DNA from: Octopus bimaculoides
Taxonomy: Eukaryota
Assembly: GCF_001194135.2 (NCBI RefSeq)
Contig: NC_068981.1
Span: forward strand, 139,982,678 to 140,046,605
Length of the DNA stretch: 63,928 bases
Direction: 5' to 3'
A program made the translations under genes and the position numbers. Below, in pieces: positions 52,305-63,928 of the stretch. Position 1 is the first letter of the stretch; each line of letters starts with the position of its first letter. The notes beneath the pieces are model-generated. The model was not told the DNA's origin. It ran no database searches and was given only the letters and a program-made list of their open reading frames with translations.

Positions 52305-53566
52305 AAAACTTTAAGGTGGAGTACTTGCGCAGACTGAGACTGATAATTAAGTCGAAATTAAACGGACGGATAAGATCGAAGCTTCAACACCTGGGCGGTT
52401 TTACTCCTTAGATATGGAGCAGGGGAAATCGCATGGGCAGTAGACGAACTAAACAGCTTACACAGAAAGAAAAGAAGTCGCTAACTAGATATGGGTCGCT
52501 CCATCCAAAAAGGGACACAGATAGACTGTATGTACCAAGAAAAAAGGGGGAAGAGGACTTATTGGATGCGAAAAGAGCATTAGAGCAGAAGAAAACAACA
52601 TAGCTAGGTATGTAGAAAATGCCACTGAACCGCTATTATTAGAAGTAAGAAGGTCAGGCTTGTGTAGAATAAAGGATTGCAAAGATAAAGCACTGTACAA
52701 GAAATTGAAAACGAATGAAACTCAAGATAGGTGGGTAAAGAAAAGAATGCCTGGTCAATTTCATAGGGATGCTGAAGATAAGACAGACAGAGAAAAAAGA
52801 TGGCTATGGATGACTAAAAGTGATTTAAAACCGGAAATGGATGCTCTAATCTGTGCTGCCCAAGTACTAGCCCCAAGAACAAACTACATAACATACAGAA
52901 CAGACAACACAGCAGAAAGTGATAAGTGCAGAATCTGTGGACAAAATGGTGAAACCGTATGGCATATTACCAGTCAATGTACGCCACTAACCCAGAAGAA
53001 ATATAAGAGACGCCACGATAATACAGCCAGGCTTGTCCATTGGACAATCTGCAACAAGTATGGTCTTGACAAAAAATTGGTACGACCACAAACCTGAAGG
53101 CCTCGTCGAAAATAGAAAAGCAAAGATCCTATGGGATTCTATGGTTCAGTGCTACCATAAGATAGAGAATAGGAAGCCAGACATAGTTTTAATTGCGAAA
53201 AATCAAACTATGCTGGATCATAGATAGAGCAGGCCCAACTGAAAACAAGGTATGCGATAAGGAAGAAAGAAAAGCCGAGAGATATGACAGGTTAGCTTGG
53301 GAAGTTAAGCAGTTGTGGTCGATGAAAAAGGTGGCAGTCGTACAAATAAGTGTCGGAGCCTTAGGGACAGTGATCAAAAATCTAGAGGAGTACGTGTTAC
53401 AAATAAAGGCTGCAATAATAGTGGAGCACTTGCAGAAAACAGCACTGCTTGGAACCGCTCTAATTCTCCGGAAGGTGCTCGAAAAATAAGAGGTGTTATC
53501 TTAGTTCACTAGAAGTAAACAGCTGACACAGTAGTACATCTCGAGCGTTAGAAGCTGTGCAAAGGC
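52305..53566 (+). mobile_element. 5'-truncated R4/Dong-like LINE with CCHC finger and restriction-like endonuclease
   Basis: EYLRRLRLIIKSKLNG, HPKRDTDRLYVPRKKGGRGL, CRICGQNGETVWHITSQC, RRHD, KILWD...RKPDIVLI and VGALG...LQKTALLGTALILRKVL; a few frameshifts. Confidence 0.92.
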
Positions 53567-53601
53567 AATAATAGTAATAAAGTAATAATAATAATAATAA
53601 C

Positions 53602-53683
<82 letters not shown>
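53567..53683. repeat. (AAT)n tract directly after the R4/Dong 3' UTR
   Basis: Read directly. Confidence 0.95.
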
Positions 53684-53686
<3 letters not shown>

Positions 53687-54133
53687 TTATACTAATAATA
53701 ATGCTGATGCTCTGGAGGATAAGGAAGAAGAGGATTCTTATTTCTCACAGGGGCATCAGGTGAGCAGCAATTACGAGGAGTAGTTATCATTTGTGTGTTT
53801 ATATAAAATTGCTGAGTAAAAGGAAGTAGTTTGGAAGTGATTTAATGCAAATTACATAGTATATACACGATATATCAATATCTGAACGATATAGTATTTT
53901 TGTTACAGGAAAGCCCCCGACCAGTTTCAATGAAGGAACCCAGCATACCCAAGATAATCCAGACCACGAGGGACACTAGCCCTCCTCCAACTAGTGGTCT
54001 ATAATCTACACGTTTATGCTGAGATTAGTTCCCTTGTCTCCAATAATTTTCAACACAGTCACCCATCTTTTTTAGAAATTCATCTACAAAATTTTAATAT
54101 AACAATATCACTAAAATGAACCATAATAATAAT

Positions 54134-54570
54134 GGTTCCAAATTTTTCCACAAGGGGGAGGGGATGAGTCGATTACATCGACCCTAGTGAACAACTGGTA
54201 CTTATGTTATGTTCTCCGAAAGGATGAAATGCAAAGTCGACCTCGGCGGAATCTGAGCTCAGAATGTAGCGACGGGTGAAATACCGCTAAGCATTCCGTC
54301 TAGCGTGCTAACGATTCTGCCAGATCACGGCTTTAATACCAGCTTGTCGCCTTAACAACAATAATAATCTTTTCTACTCTAGGCACAAGGCCCGAAATTT
54401 TTGGGGAGGGGCCAATCGATTATATCGACTCCAGTACGCAACTGGTACTTAATTTTTCGACCCCGAAATTATGAAAGGCAAAGTCGAGCTCGGCAGAATT
54501 TGAACTCAGAACGTAAATACCGCTAAGCATTTCGCCCGGCGTGCCAACGTTTCGGCCAGCTCACCGCCCT
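54134..54570 (-). mobile_element. Two tandem family B SINEs (54134-54333 and 54372-54570)
   Basis: Both carry AAAGTCGA(C/G)CTCGGC, TACCGCTAAGCATT and CTGCCAG/GCCAGCTCACCGCC; (AAC/AAT)n lies between and after them. Confidence 0.88.
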
Positions 54571-57500
54571 ACAACAATAATAATAATAATACCATCAGTG
54601 TTGAGCGTAATGTAGTAGAGCGGAGGCAATTCTACGATGAGTTTCTAAGCTTTATTTCCATAAATTTACTCATTGTACGATATACAGTCATGTGAAAGTG
54701 AACTCCATTTCATCTTAAATGTCAATATAAAAACGCATGATTATGTAGAAACGTTGATTACTACATCACAACCACCCCATTTCCCCTGTTAAGCATCTCC
54801 ATATCAAACTATTACTGCTATTACTTGAAGCATGCTTGAGATAAATATGTTATGTGGATGCAATGCAAAATGAGCGTGTTTTGCTTAAAATGTTTCATCT
54901 TGTTCTTTTCTTGAAATTGTTCAAACAGAAAAATACGTTGAATTTATATCTCTTTTACTTCTCTATTTTCCTGTTTCTACATCAATACATTTCTGAAGAT
55001 ATTATATTTAATTGTACATTTTAAAATAATATATACTACATAATGAAAAGAAATTTTCAAAGAATCATGATACATGTCTAAAAGAATCACGTCAAATCAA
55101 ATTTCTTTTATCATCCGAACCAGTTTAATGGCACTCGTATACATTTCTCTTTCATCTATGTTTCCATTAGAGATAATTTGGGCGCTATCAATCTTGAAAT
55201 TGGTTCAGTCATTAGAAGTCACTTTGTTCAGTAAAATGAATCTATTTCTGATACTCGAATTAGATACACACGAGGTAAACAAACATTGAATCCATTCAAC
55301 GTGATGTTTTATGTCAAGATTAAACGTGGTTAGTATCTCTCACATCACCCATGGTTCTGGATTGCTACATTACTTCTAGAAATTGCCGAATAACGTACTG
55401 ACATTAGTCGTACACAGTTTCGTTTCTGTTTTCTGTGAGATCTCCCAGAAACGACATTACGTGTAAGAAAGAAAGAGCATTTAATAATATAATAAGTACA
55501 CATATCTACTCGAAGAACTAGCGACTGTCGCTCTACAGAAAATAATGAATTAAAAGGTATATACCAAAACACGATTAAAAATCGAATAATCGTAGTATAA
55601 GTATAAATGCATGCAATTATGTATTTATGTAGGAATATAGATCCAAATGTAACTCGATAATGATATAATTATCTAAAAGGAAAGGGAAATAAAATATTTA
55701 ATCCTGCTGAAATTTATTAAAAACATCGATGATACTGAAGTAATACAGACTAAATTCTATTATGCTTCTATGATAATTTGTATAAAGTATTGTCATAGAC
55801 GGTTCGAAACTTATTCGTTAATTTTGTATCTTGGAATACCAATTCAAAAGTTGAATAATAAAAGAGCAACAATAAGCAAGGATAAAACATAACAAATAGC
55901 ATGGGAAAACATTTTGTTTATATTTTTAAATAGATTTATAATTGTTTTCGAAATTTGTATCCATAAAACATTTGTATAGTGTGTTTAAATTTCTATTTCC
56001 AATTTGCATAGCTTCTTTTTCTTTATTTTACTGTTGTTTTTGCATTTTCTAATTTATAAGAGTAAAAATTCAGTATTCCTGAAATTATTCAATATCGCTT
56101 CACTAAATCATTAATCCAACGAAATAAATTCGATAAATACGCAAAACACTGAGATAAAAATAACACACAAAAATACACCAGTGTTTATAAAATATTGTAT
56201 TTTAAAACCTTAGACGATTTTTGAATATTTTTTTCTGAATATTAACCATTTTTCTTTGTTGCTATTTTCTGATTATTGTGGAGAAATGATAGTTGCAAAC
56301 ATCAGATATCTCTTATGAAGAGGAGAAATGATATTGGAATCTTCCCTCCTTTTCAAAATACAAAAGCAAATAAGGAAGTCTCTTCGGATGTAAACCGTAT
56401 TTGAAAACATTTTCTAATTTATTTTGTAGCTGTAAATTAAATAGAAAAGATAAGCAGCCATGCGAAAAGTGACATGCAAATAGTAATTTTCGAGCAGATT
56501 GTATTTGGTATAAAAGTTAGTTATATAACGAAAATTGAATATATGAAATATTCCAACTAGTATCCTGCTAATATTTCAAAATATTTCCGGTTGGAGACAA
56601 TTCATGTCTGTTACGCAACCACAACCCATAGAAAAGATATCAAGATACACTTTAAAAAAAAGTAATAATGATAATGTAGGCCGCCGTGTCAAGTCAAAGT
56701 AAAGCGATATTTCATTATTAGTCCAGAAAATATTGTAGTTGATTGATTGCAGATATTTGTGAAGACTAGCATCTATTGTAAAATATTTAAATTACATGTC
56801 TTTTTTTTTTTGTTTTAAGAATAATAGTGAATCTGGAATGCACAAATATCCGTGACTGTGGAATAGACAAATATCCGCTTACACGCAAGCGAGCACAAAA
56901 TAGAAAACTAAACGAAAAAAATTCACGTTATATCGCTAATTATTAAGTTCATGCAAGATGTTAGGCTTATGCTATTGGTTTGATTTATTTTATACCAATC
57001 ATGGTATTTGTTTCTGCTAAATAGAGATTCAGAATGTGAATAACAGTAATTCATATCTTAGAAAAACATCAATCGCATTCACTGCAATGAGTTTCAACGT
57101 ATCTAAAGTTATATACTTCTATTTATGCGATAATAATTGCCGTATGCAGCTGTGTTTTAAACAACAGTTGAAACCACTTGCTATATGCATTGCATGAAAA
57201 ATGGCACACACTAGGTCACCCTACGTATCTTTGTGTCATAAAGTTCCACTCTTTTGGCAAGTAATCATTCTGAGTTTGTCTTCTAGAAAGCGCGACCTTT
57301 CTATTTAATTTTAAAACCTCAACATCAATATTGATACCTTTAATCTCCTTTCAATTTCAATTGTATAATTTGTAGATACATTAGAATTCACCTCGCCTAC
57401 ATGCAACTATTGTTGAGCGATTAGTTATTTATCAGAATGTTACAACTTATAATTTTAAAACATTATGAAGCCAAGTGATGAAGCAACATTTTATAAGAGG

Positions 57501-57711
57501 TTAAACTCTGTTTACTGTACCCGAGAATAAGATTTAGTGTTAATTCAGGCGACGAATTAAGCCTAACAATGAAGACAATTACCGGATTCTCCTCTTGCAT
57601 ACTTTTGTCTATATTAAATCTCACTCACTAAGATTTAGCTGATCCGAAGTTATCGAACATGACGATTGCCCGAAGTAGAGTACAATGAGAGTGAACGTAA
57701 AAGACATTCAT

Positions 57712-57842
57712 TATTTACATTATTTACATTTAACGGATATTTGTCCTCATCTTGGATGTTGTTAACACAACGGTTTGGCCGATATACTCTCCAGCCTTCA
57801 TCAGGTGTCTTCGGGAAATTTCGAACCTAAGGTATTTTTCGA

Positions 57843-57904
<62 letters not shown>

Positions 57905-57975
57905 TCACTACCTGAAATCGAACTCGGAATCTTCGGGTTAGTACCTCGCGCTCTTAACCACTACGCCATATGCCC
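57712..57975 (-). mobile_element. SINE family C, full architecture (tRNA head 57903-57975, (AAT)n, hammerhead with mutated GAAA, tail)
   Basis: Reverse complement GGGCATATGGCGTAGTGGTTAAGAGCGCG...GAGTTCGATTTC, then GACAC-CUGAUGA-AGGCUG..CGGCC-AAACC-GUUGUGUU, then (TGTAAATAA)n. Confidence 0.88.
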
Positions 57976-57993
57976 GTGACCTGAATAATAATG

Positions 57994-58041
<48 letters not shown>

Positions 58042-58228
58042 TCGAAAAATAACTTTGGAATGGGCGGTGCTCCAGCATGGCCACAGTGAAATGACTGAAA
58101 CAAGTAAAAGAGTAAGACACCTGATGAAGCCTGGAGGGTATATCAGCCGAAACGTTGTGTTAACAACAAACAAGATGGGGACAAATATCCGTCGAATATA
58201 AATATTGTACATAATTCCTGATCTCTTA
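57976..58228 (+). mobile_element. Headless inverted family C copy containing a family A 3' fragment (58063-58113)
   Basis: GTGACCTGAATAAT...ATCGAAAAAT...GGAATG[GGCGGTGCTCCAGCATGGCC...AAAAGAGT]AAGACACCTGATGA. Confidence 0.85.
58116..58161 (+). ncRNA. Minimal hammerhead motif, core intact, one stem II mismatch
   Basis: GACAC-CUGAUGA-A-GCCUG(GAGGGUAUAU)CAGCC-GAAAC-GUU-GUGUU. Confidence 0.65.
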
Positions 58229-58349
58229 AACAGAACTGTATTGTAAAAGGACATTTAAAAAAATAAGGCTTGTTGAACTTACAATTATACTCTCTAAATA
58301 TAGACATATGTACTAAAAACCAGGAAGATAACAATCCATGACACAACAG

Positions 58350-58424
58350 ATCTATCACTCAGCAATCTATCACTCAGCAGCCTATCACTCAGCAATGTAT
58401 CACTCAGCAATCTATCACTCAACA
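58350..58424. repeat. Five copies of 15-bp ATCTATCACTCAGCA
   Basis: Units counted directly. Confidence 0.95.
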
Positions 58425-58469
58425 AAAAGACAACTTACGCGCACCACTACCAGAAAAATCAACATAAAA

Positions 58470-58700
58470 TTAAGTGTCGCGGTGCACTCTACGAATGATA
58501 AGTGGAGAGGAACAGCATCTTCTGCGTTCAAACAAGTTCATCGTATCTGGGATAAATACTAAAAGATTATTAATCACACAGGAATAGGACTGGATGACAG
58601 ACAATCTAAGATGATCCCAATTCAACATGGCATCATAAACCACACACAATTGACACAGGTTGACTCAATCACGGATAAAATCGTTTTCTTAACAAAATGA
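58470..58700 (+). mobile_element. Possible RTE LINE remnant
   Basis: GTASSAFKQVHRIWDK resembles RTE 'IGKASSAFxRLxxIW'. Confidence 0.35.
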
Positions 58701-60029
58701 AAGTATATTATGAATGCGTCGGATTGAGCCATGTATAATAAATGTAAGTTCTTAGTAAACCAGTATTTAAACTGGGTGACATTACCTCAACTTTCCGAGT
58801 TTGTAAACAACGAAACTAAATATTGTTTACTACAATATGGGGACGTTGATATGAAATGTATGGGTTAACTAAGAATGTCTCAAACAGAAACGGAAATAAC
58901 TTCAATATTAAAGTATATGAAACTAACAAAGAAAACGACAATATAGTAAATGCTTTTTGCCATTTTCAGAATATCAGATTAAAACTTGCTGTGAATCATG
59001 ACATTTTGGATGATATTATTTGAATATATTTTTTATTCAGTAGGCATCCTTTTGTCGAGTCCAGACTGTGGCGTAGACTAGAATTAATACATTGATTTCT
59101 GGCAAGACAGATTTATGTATTATTAAAAGGAAACAAAGCATTGTAAGTATATACACTGACATATCTATTGGATGCAGATATACATAAACACAGCATCAAA
59201 TGTGCACATATGAATAATTACAAAAGCGCAATTTTGTTGAACTACTTAAAAGTTAGTATAAACTACGAAATGAAGCATATCATGAAAGACAAATATATTC
59301 GTAAATATATTATTCTGGTGTCTTTTTAAGTATATTTTTAGAATTATTTGTAATTCCATCTGTATAACACGATTATGTATTCTGACTACTTTGTGATTTT
59401 ATAAACAAACAAACGATAGTCATGTAGCTAAGAAAAGTAGAGTGTACAACTGATAAATGATATACGAACTTAATCACAACTAAATTTGAAGACCATTACC
59501 ACTGATGCACTAGTTGGTCATAACCACTGTCTTTTCTTCCGAGATATAAGTAGTGAATATTATGGATACGAATAACAAATTTCACATAGTCTGCGACAAT
59601 CTGATATAGTTTCCCGTTATTTACTATTAGCTTGCATGTCAATGTTACATTATATGATCGATTTGAGATCTACTCACTGAAGCGAATTTGAGATTATCAA
59701 TCCAATGTCCAAAGGAAAGTATCTGAAGGTGTCGTTCAACAACATAAGGTTTGATTTCAAATACTTTATCTAGAGTGAGGGAATATTTCAATTAACTATC
59801 AATGGTGTTACTAGTGAAAAATAGCCCTCTGAATCAGAAGTGTTACTATATAAAAGCAAGAAGTAAAGGTGACCAATCAAACACTTCAACAAACTACAAT
59901 TTTGTAAAATACTGAACATTCGCTGGAAGCCTGCATCCGCTCGAAGAATGCTGGTAAGGCACAAATTCTTCCGTTGCTAGACCTCTGGAATGATCCATAT
60001 CCTACTCAGATGCCAAATTAATCAATCTA

Positions 60030-60880
<851 letters not shown>

Positions 60881-61092
60881 GTAAAATTTATTGAAGAGCC
60901 AAAAACGTCAGACGAATGCATAAAATCTAAAGTCGGTGGTCAACAGAGATACCTCCCACCAGATTAATCAATTGTAATTTTGGAATATAGGAAATTAGCT
61001 ATATTTTGGAAAACTGAGGCAGGCAATGCACTTGTTTTCAGATTATTAGACATCCCCAGCCTACCTTCTGGGTCTATAAAGATTGTACTTAC

Positions 61093-61147
61093 CTGCAAGT
61101 CCAAGGTCTTCCTGACTAGGACCACCACGTCCCCTCCTCCTCATCAA
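61093..61147 (-). CDS. Candidate 55-nt internal exon (LMRRRGRGGPSQEDLGLA), product unknown
   Basis: Acceptor TTTATTTCTCCTAG| and consensus donor CAG|GTAAGT; purine/GC-rich; one of three frames is open. Confidence 0.35.
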
Positions 61148-61328
61148 CTAGGAGAAATAAATTTCTCATAGCCATTTAGAAAGATGGCAAAAAGTCATCG
61201 AACAAAATGGGAAATATAAAATTGATTCTTTGTATGAAGAAAAATGACTTTAATTTCACACTGAAACACCGAAATTACTTTCTTACCAACCCAATAGAAG
61301 CATGAAAAACAGAAAAAAAAACGGAAGA

Positions 61329-61445
61329 AACGGAACAAGCGGAAAATACACACATAGAATATCGCTAAATCCTTGTCGAACCTTTGGAAGGTAACTGACG
61401 AGGATTTAGCGACATTCTATATGTGTATTTCCCATTTGTTCCGTT
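61329..61445 (-). ncRNA. Long hairpin (49-bp stem, 19-nt loop); candidate pre-miRNA or foldback element
   Basis: Arms 61329-61377 and 61397-61445 match at 43/49 with no indels; 4 of the 6 differences are G-U pairs on the minus strand. Confidence 0.45.
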
Positions 61446-62419
61446 CACCATACTGCAATATAATTTTTGAACACATATACACACACGCACACACACATGT
61501 ATATATACATATAGTTTAATACTTACATATGTAAAATGAATGTTGAGGAACTGAATAGCAATATGAACAACATATAAATTCAGCTAAATGAAGATTTTCA
61601 ACTTGCTTTCTAATACATGTGAGATCCTACCGTATTTATGTTTAGTAATTCATAGCACACATTTCAATTTTTTATTCATCAGCCATATTGAAGACATTCA
61701 TAATCTAATTTTAATATGTAAATACCCGCGTATATACATAAAGTATATATATATATATGTATATGTATATAGATATATGTATGTATGCATGTATGTGTGT
61801 GTGTGTGTTGTGTATGTAATTTATATGGTGTATATGCATGAAATTATCTCAACTGTATGATATTATCTGTTCGTTTATAGCTTCCATGACACTCCAAAAC
61901 TCAACTTCATTGCCATTATATAATCACCAGCGCAAATAAATATCAGATATGTACTATTTTTTCTCATATTTTCTCCCATGCTGTCGATTAAATGATTATA
62001 TATATTTATGTGTTTGTTCTGTACTTTGAATTTTACATCGACTTTAACAAACTGCGCGATGTTTCAAAAAGTTTTTTTTTACATATATATATTTAAACAT
62101 TCTAAATCTTCTTTATTTGAAGCGCATCATCCATATTTGAAAAGCTATTCTGAAATGAGAGAATCATTTCAAAATGGTTGAGGGTATTTAAGAAGCTATT
62201 TTCATTAATGTTGATTTCTTGCATCATATCAGTTAAAACTTATTTCCTTTTAGTAATTTTATTATTCAGTTTGGTATTGGTAGTGTTAAGCAATAATTTC
62301 TATGAATAAGTTTATAAGTATATAATGTAAAGATACTTAGGATTACTAAGTTTGAAAGGCCCAGCACTAAAGTTATATGGTGCAATTACATTCCGGTAGA
62401 TTTTGCTTATGTTCATTTA

Positions 62420-62780
62420 TTCTTTTACTTGTTTCAGTAATTCTGACTGTGGCCCGACCTCTGGACTTATTCTTTGTAAGCCTGGTACTTATTCCATTAG
62501 GTTCTATTGCCGAACTGCTAGAGTTACTGTGACGTAAACACACAAAGATCATTTGTCAAACGATGGTGGGGGAACAAACACAGACAAAACCACATAAATA
62601 TATACATATATGAATACGATAGCCTTATTTCAGTTTCCGTCTACCAAACCCACTCACGTGCCTTTGGTCGGCCCGGGGCTATAGAAGAAGACACCTGCCC
62701 AAGGTACCACACAGTTGGACTGAACCCGGAACCACGTGGTTGGGAAACAAGCTTCTTAACACATAGCCACGGCTGCACCT
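62420..62780 (-). mobile_element. SINE family A, near full length
   Basis: TTCTTTTACTTGTTTCAG...GGACTTATTCTTTGTAAGCC...TTTCCGTCTACCAAA...GGACTGAACCCGGAACCACGTGGTTGG. Confidence 0.88.
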
Positions 62781-62910
62781 ATATATTGCTAGTAATTTCA
62801 TATCCTCTCAGTCATTCTAATGTTGTAATTTTAAATACGGTAATACTAAAATTAGCAGCGACAAACGTAAACCAACAGCATCAGTAATATTCTTTCTAAT
62901 GTTGGCCCAA

Positions 62911-63475
62911 GGCAGTGAGCTGGCGGAAACGTTAGCAAGCCAGGCGAAGTGCTTAGCGGTATTTCGTCTATCTTTACGTTATGAGTTCAAATTCCGTCGA
63001 GGTCGACTTTGCCTTTCATCCTTTCGGGGTTGATAAATTAAGTACCCGTTGCGCACTGGGGTTGATGTAATAGACTTAATCCCTTTGTTTGTCCTTGTTT
63101 GTCCCCTCTATGTTTAGCCTCTTATGGGCAATAAAGACGTAAGAAACGTTAGCACACCAGGCGAAGTGCTTAGCAGTATTTCGTCTGTCTTTACGTTCTG
63201 TGTTCAAATTCCGCCGAGGTCGACTTTGCTTTTCATCCTTTCGGGGTCGACAAATTAAATACCAGTTGCATACTGGTGTCGGTCTTATCGACTTGCCCCC
63301 ACTTGTGCCTAGAGTAGAAAAGATTATTCTTTCTAATTTTAGCCCAAGGCAATCACTTTTGCGAGGAGGATCAGTTGATTACATCGCCTCCAATTCTCAA
63401 GTGACACTTAATTTTATCGACTCCTAATTGTTGACAGGCCAAATCAACGTCAATGGAATTTGAACTCAGAACATA
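62911..63475. mobile_element. Family B cluster: two tandem + copies (62911-63135, 63143-63325) and an old - copy (63335-63475)
   Basis: Repeated GAAACGTTAGCA..CAGGCGAAGTGCTTAGC and GAGGTCGACTTTGC.TTTCATCCTTTCGGGG; inverted TTTTATCGAC...GGAATTTGAACTCAGAAC. Confidence 0.85.
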
Positions 63476-63657
63476 GAGCCAAAAGAAAAAAAAAAGAAAA
63501 TGCCGCCGTAACGTTCCAAATTATTAATAATAACGATAATAACGTTAACATTTGGTATACGGACAATAGTATTAACATTTCCAAACTATAAGCTTACAAT
63601 TTCTTTGCCTTCAGAACATATATTCCTTACAGCCGCAGTCTAAAACAGATTGCCTCC

Positions 63658-63848
63658 TTAATTGAAAAGCCATAACGAAATTCCAGAGGAGCAGGAATGG
63701 GAGTGATGTACAGCTGTAAAAAGCAGCAACCGTAGAGCGATATTGCTGATGATGACAATACTAGTACTAAATCTCTTGAACTTTGGGGCTGGTATATTGG
63801 CAAGTGTTTCGCGTGCCACCTTCATTTGTTCTTTAATCTTGCCTCTAG
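63658..63848 (-). CDS. Candidate exon or reading frame (RGKIKEQMKVARETLANIPAPKFKR...), product unknown
   Basis: Acceptor TATTTTGTTTTCAAAG| opens a 63-codon frame in non-repeat sequence; the donor is ambiguous. Confidence 0.25.
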
Positions 63849-63872
63849 CTTTGAAAACAAAATATACTATAT

Positions 63873-63875
<3 letters not shown>

Positions 63876-63928
<53 letters not shown>
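63876..63928. repeat. (GA)n
   Basis: Read directly. Confidence 0.98.

Noticed and set aside
58350-58424. CRISPR-like or tetO-like repeats
   Set aside because: Units are contiguous with no spacers, the context is eukaryotic, and the TCTATCACT similarity is short and non-palindromic.

Overview
AT-rich, microsatellite-dense eukaryotic DNA with ten N-gaps. The SINE families and repeat density point to a coleoid cephalopod, probably Octopus (inference, no database search). I cannot support any intact protein-coding gene. Every ORF I recognise is a transposon relic: Penelope-like elements (PLE; RT and GIY-YIG parts), R4/Dong-like, Tx1/L1-like, RTE and CR1-like LINEs, four mariner lineages and a Tc1-type MITE. 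Most other track ORFs are microsatellite or N-gap artefacts. Four tRNA-headed SINE families recur, which I label A to D. The most interesting signal is family C: tRNA-like head, (AAT)n, a minimal dimer-type hammerhead ribozyme, then a (TGTAAATAA)n tail. All six copies occur in inverted pairs, one being a 370-bp palindrome with 149/150 arm identity. Also notable are a 49-bp-stem hairpin at 61.3 kb and a few minus-strand exon-like islands that may belong to an unidentified host gene.
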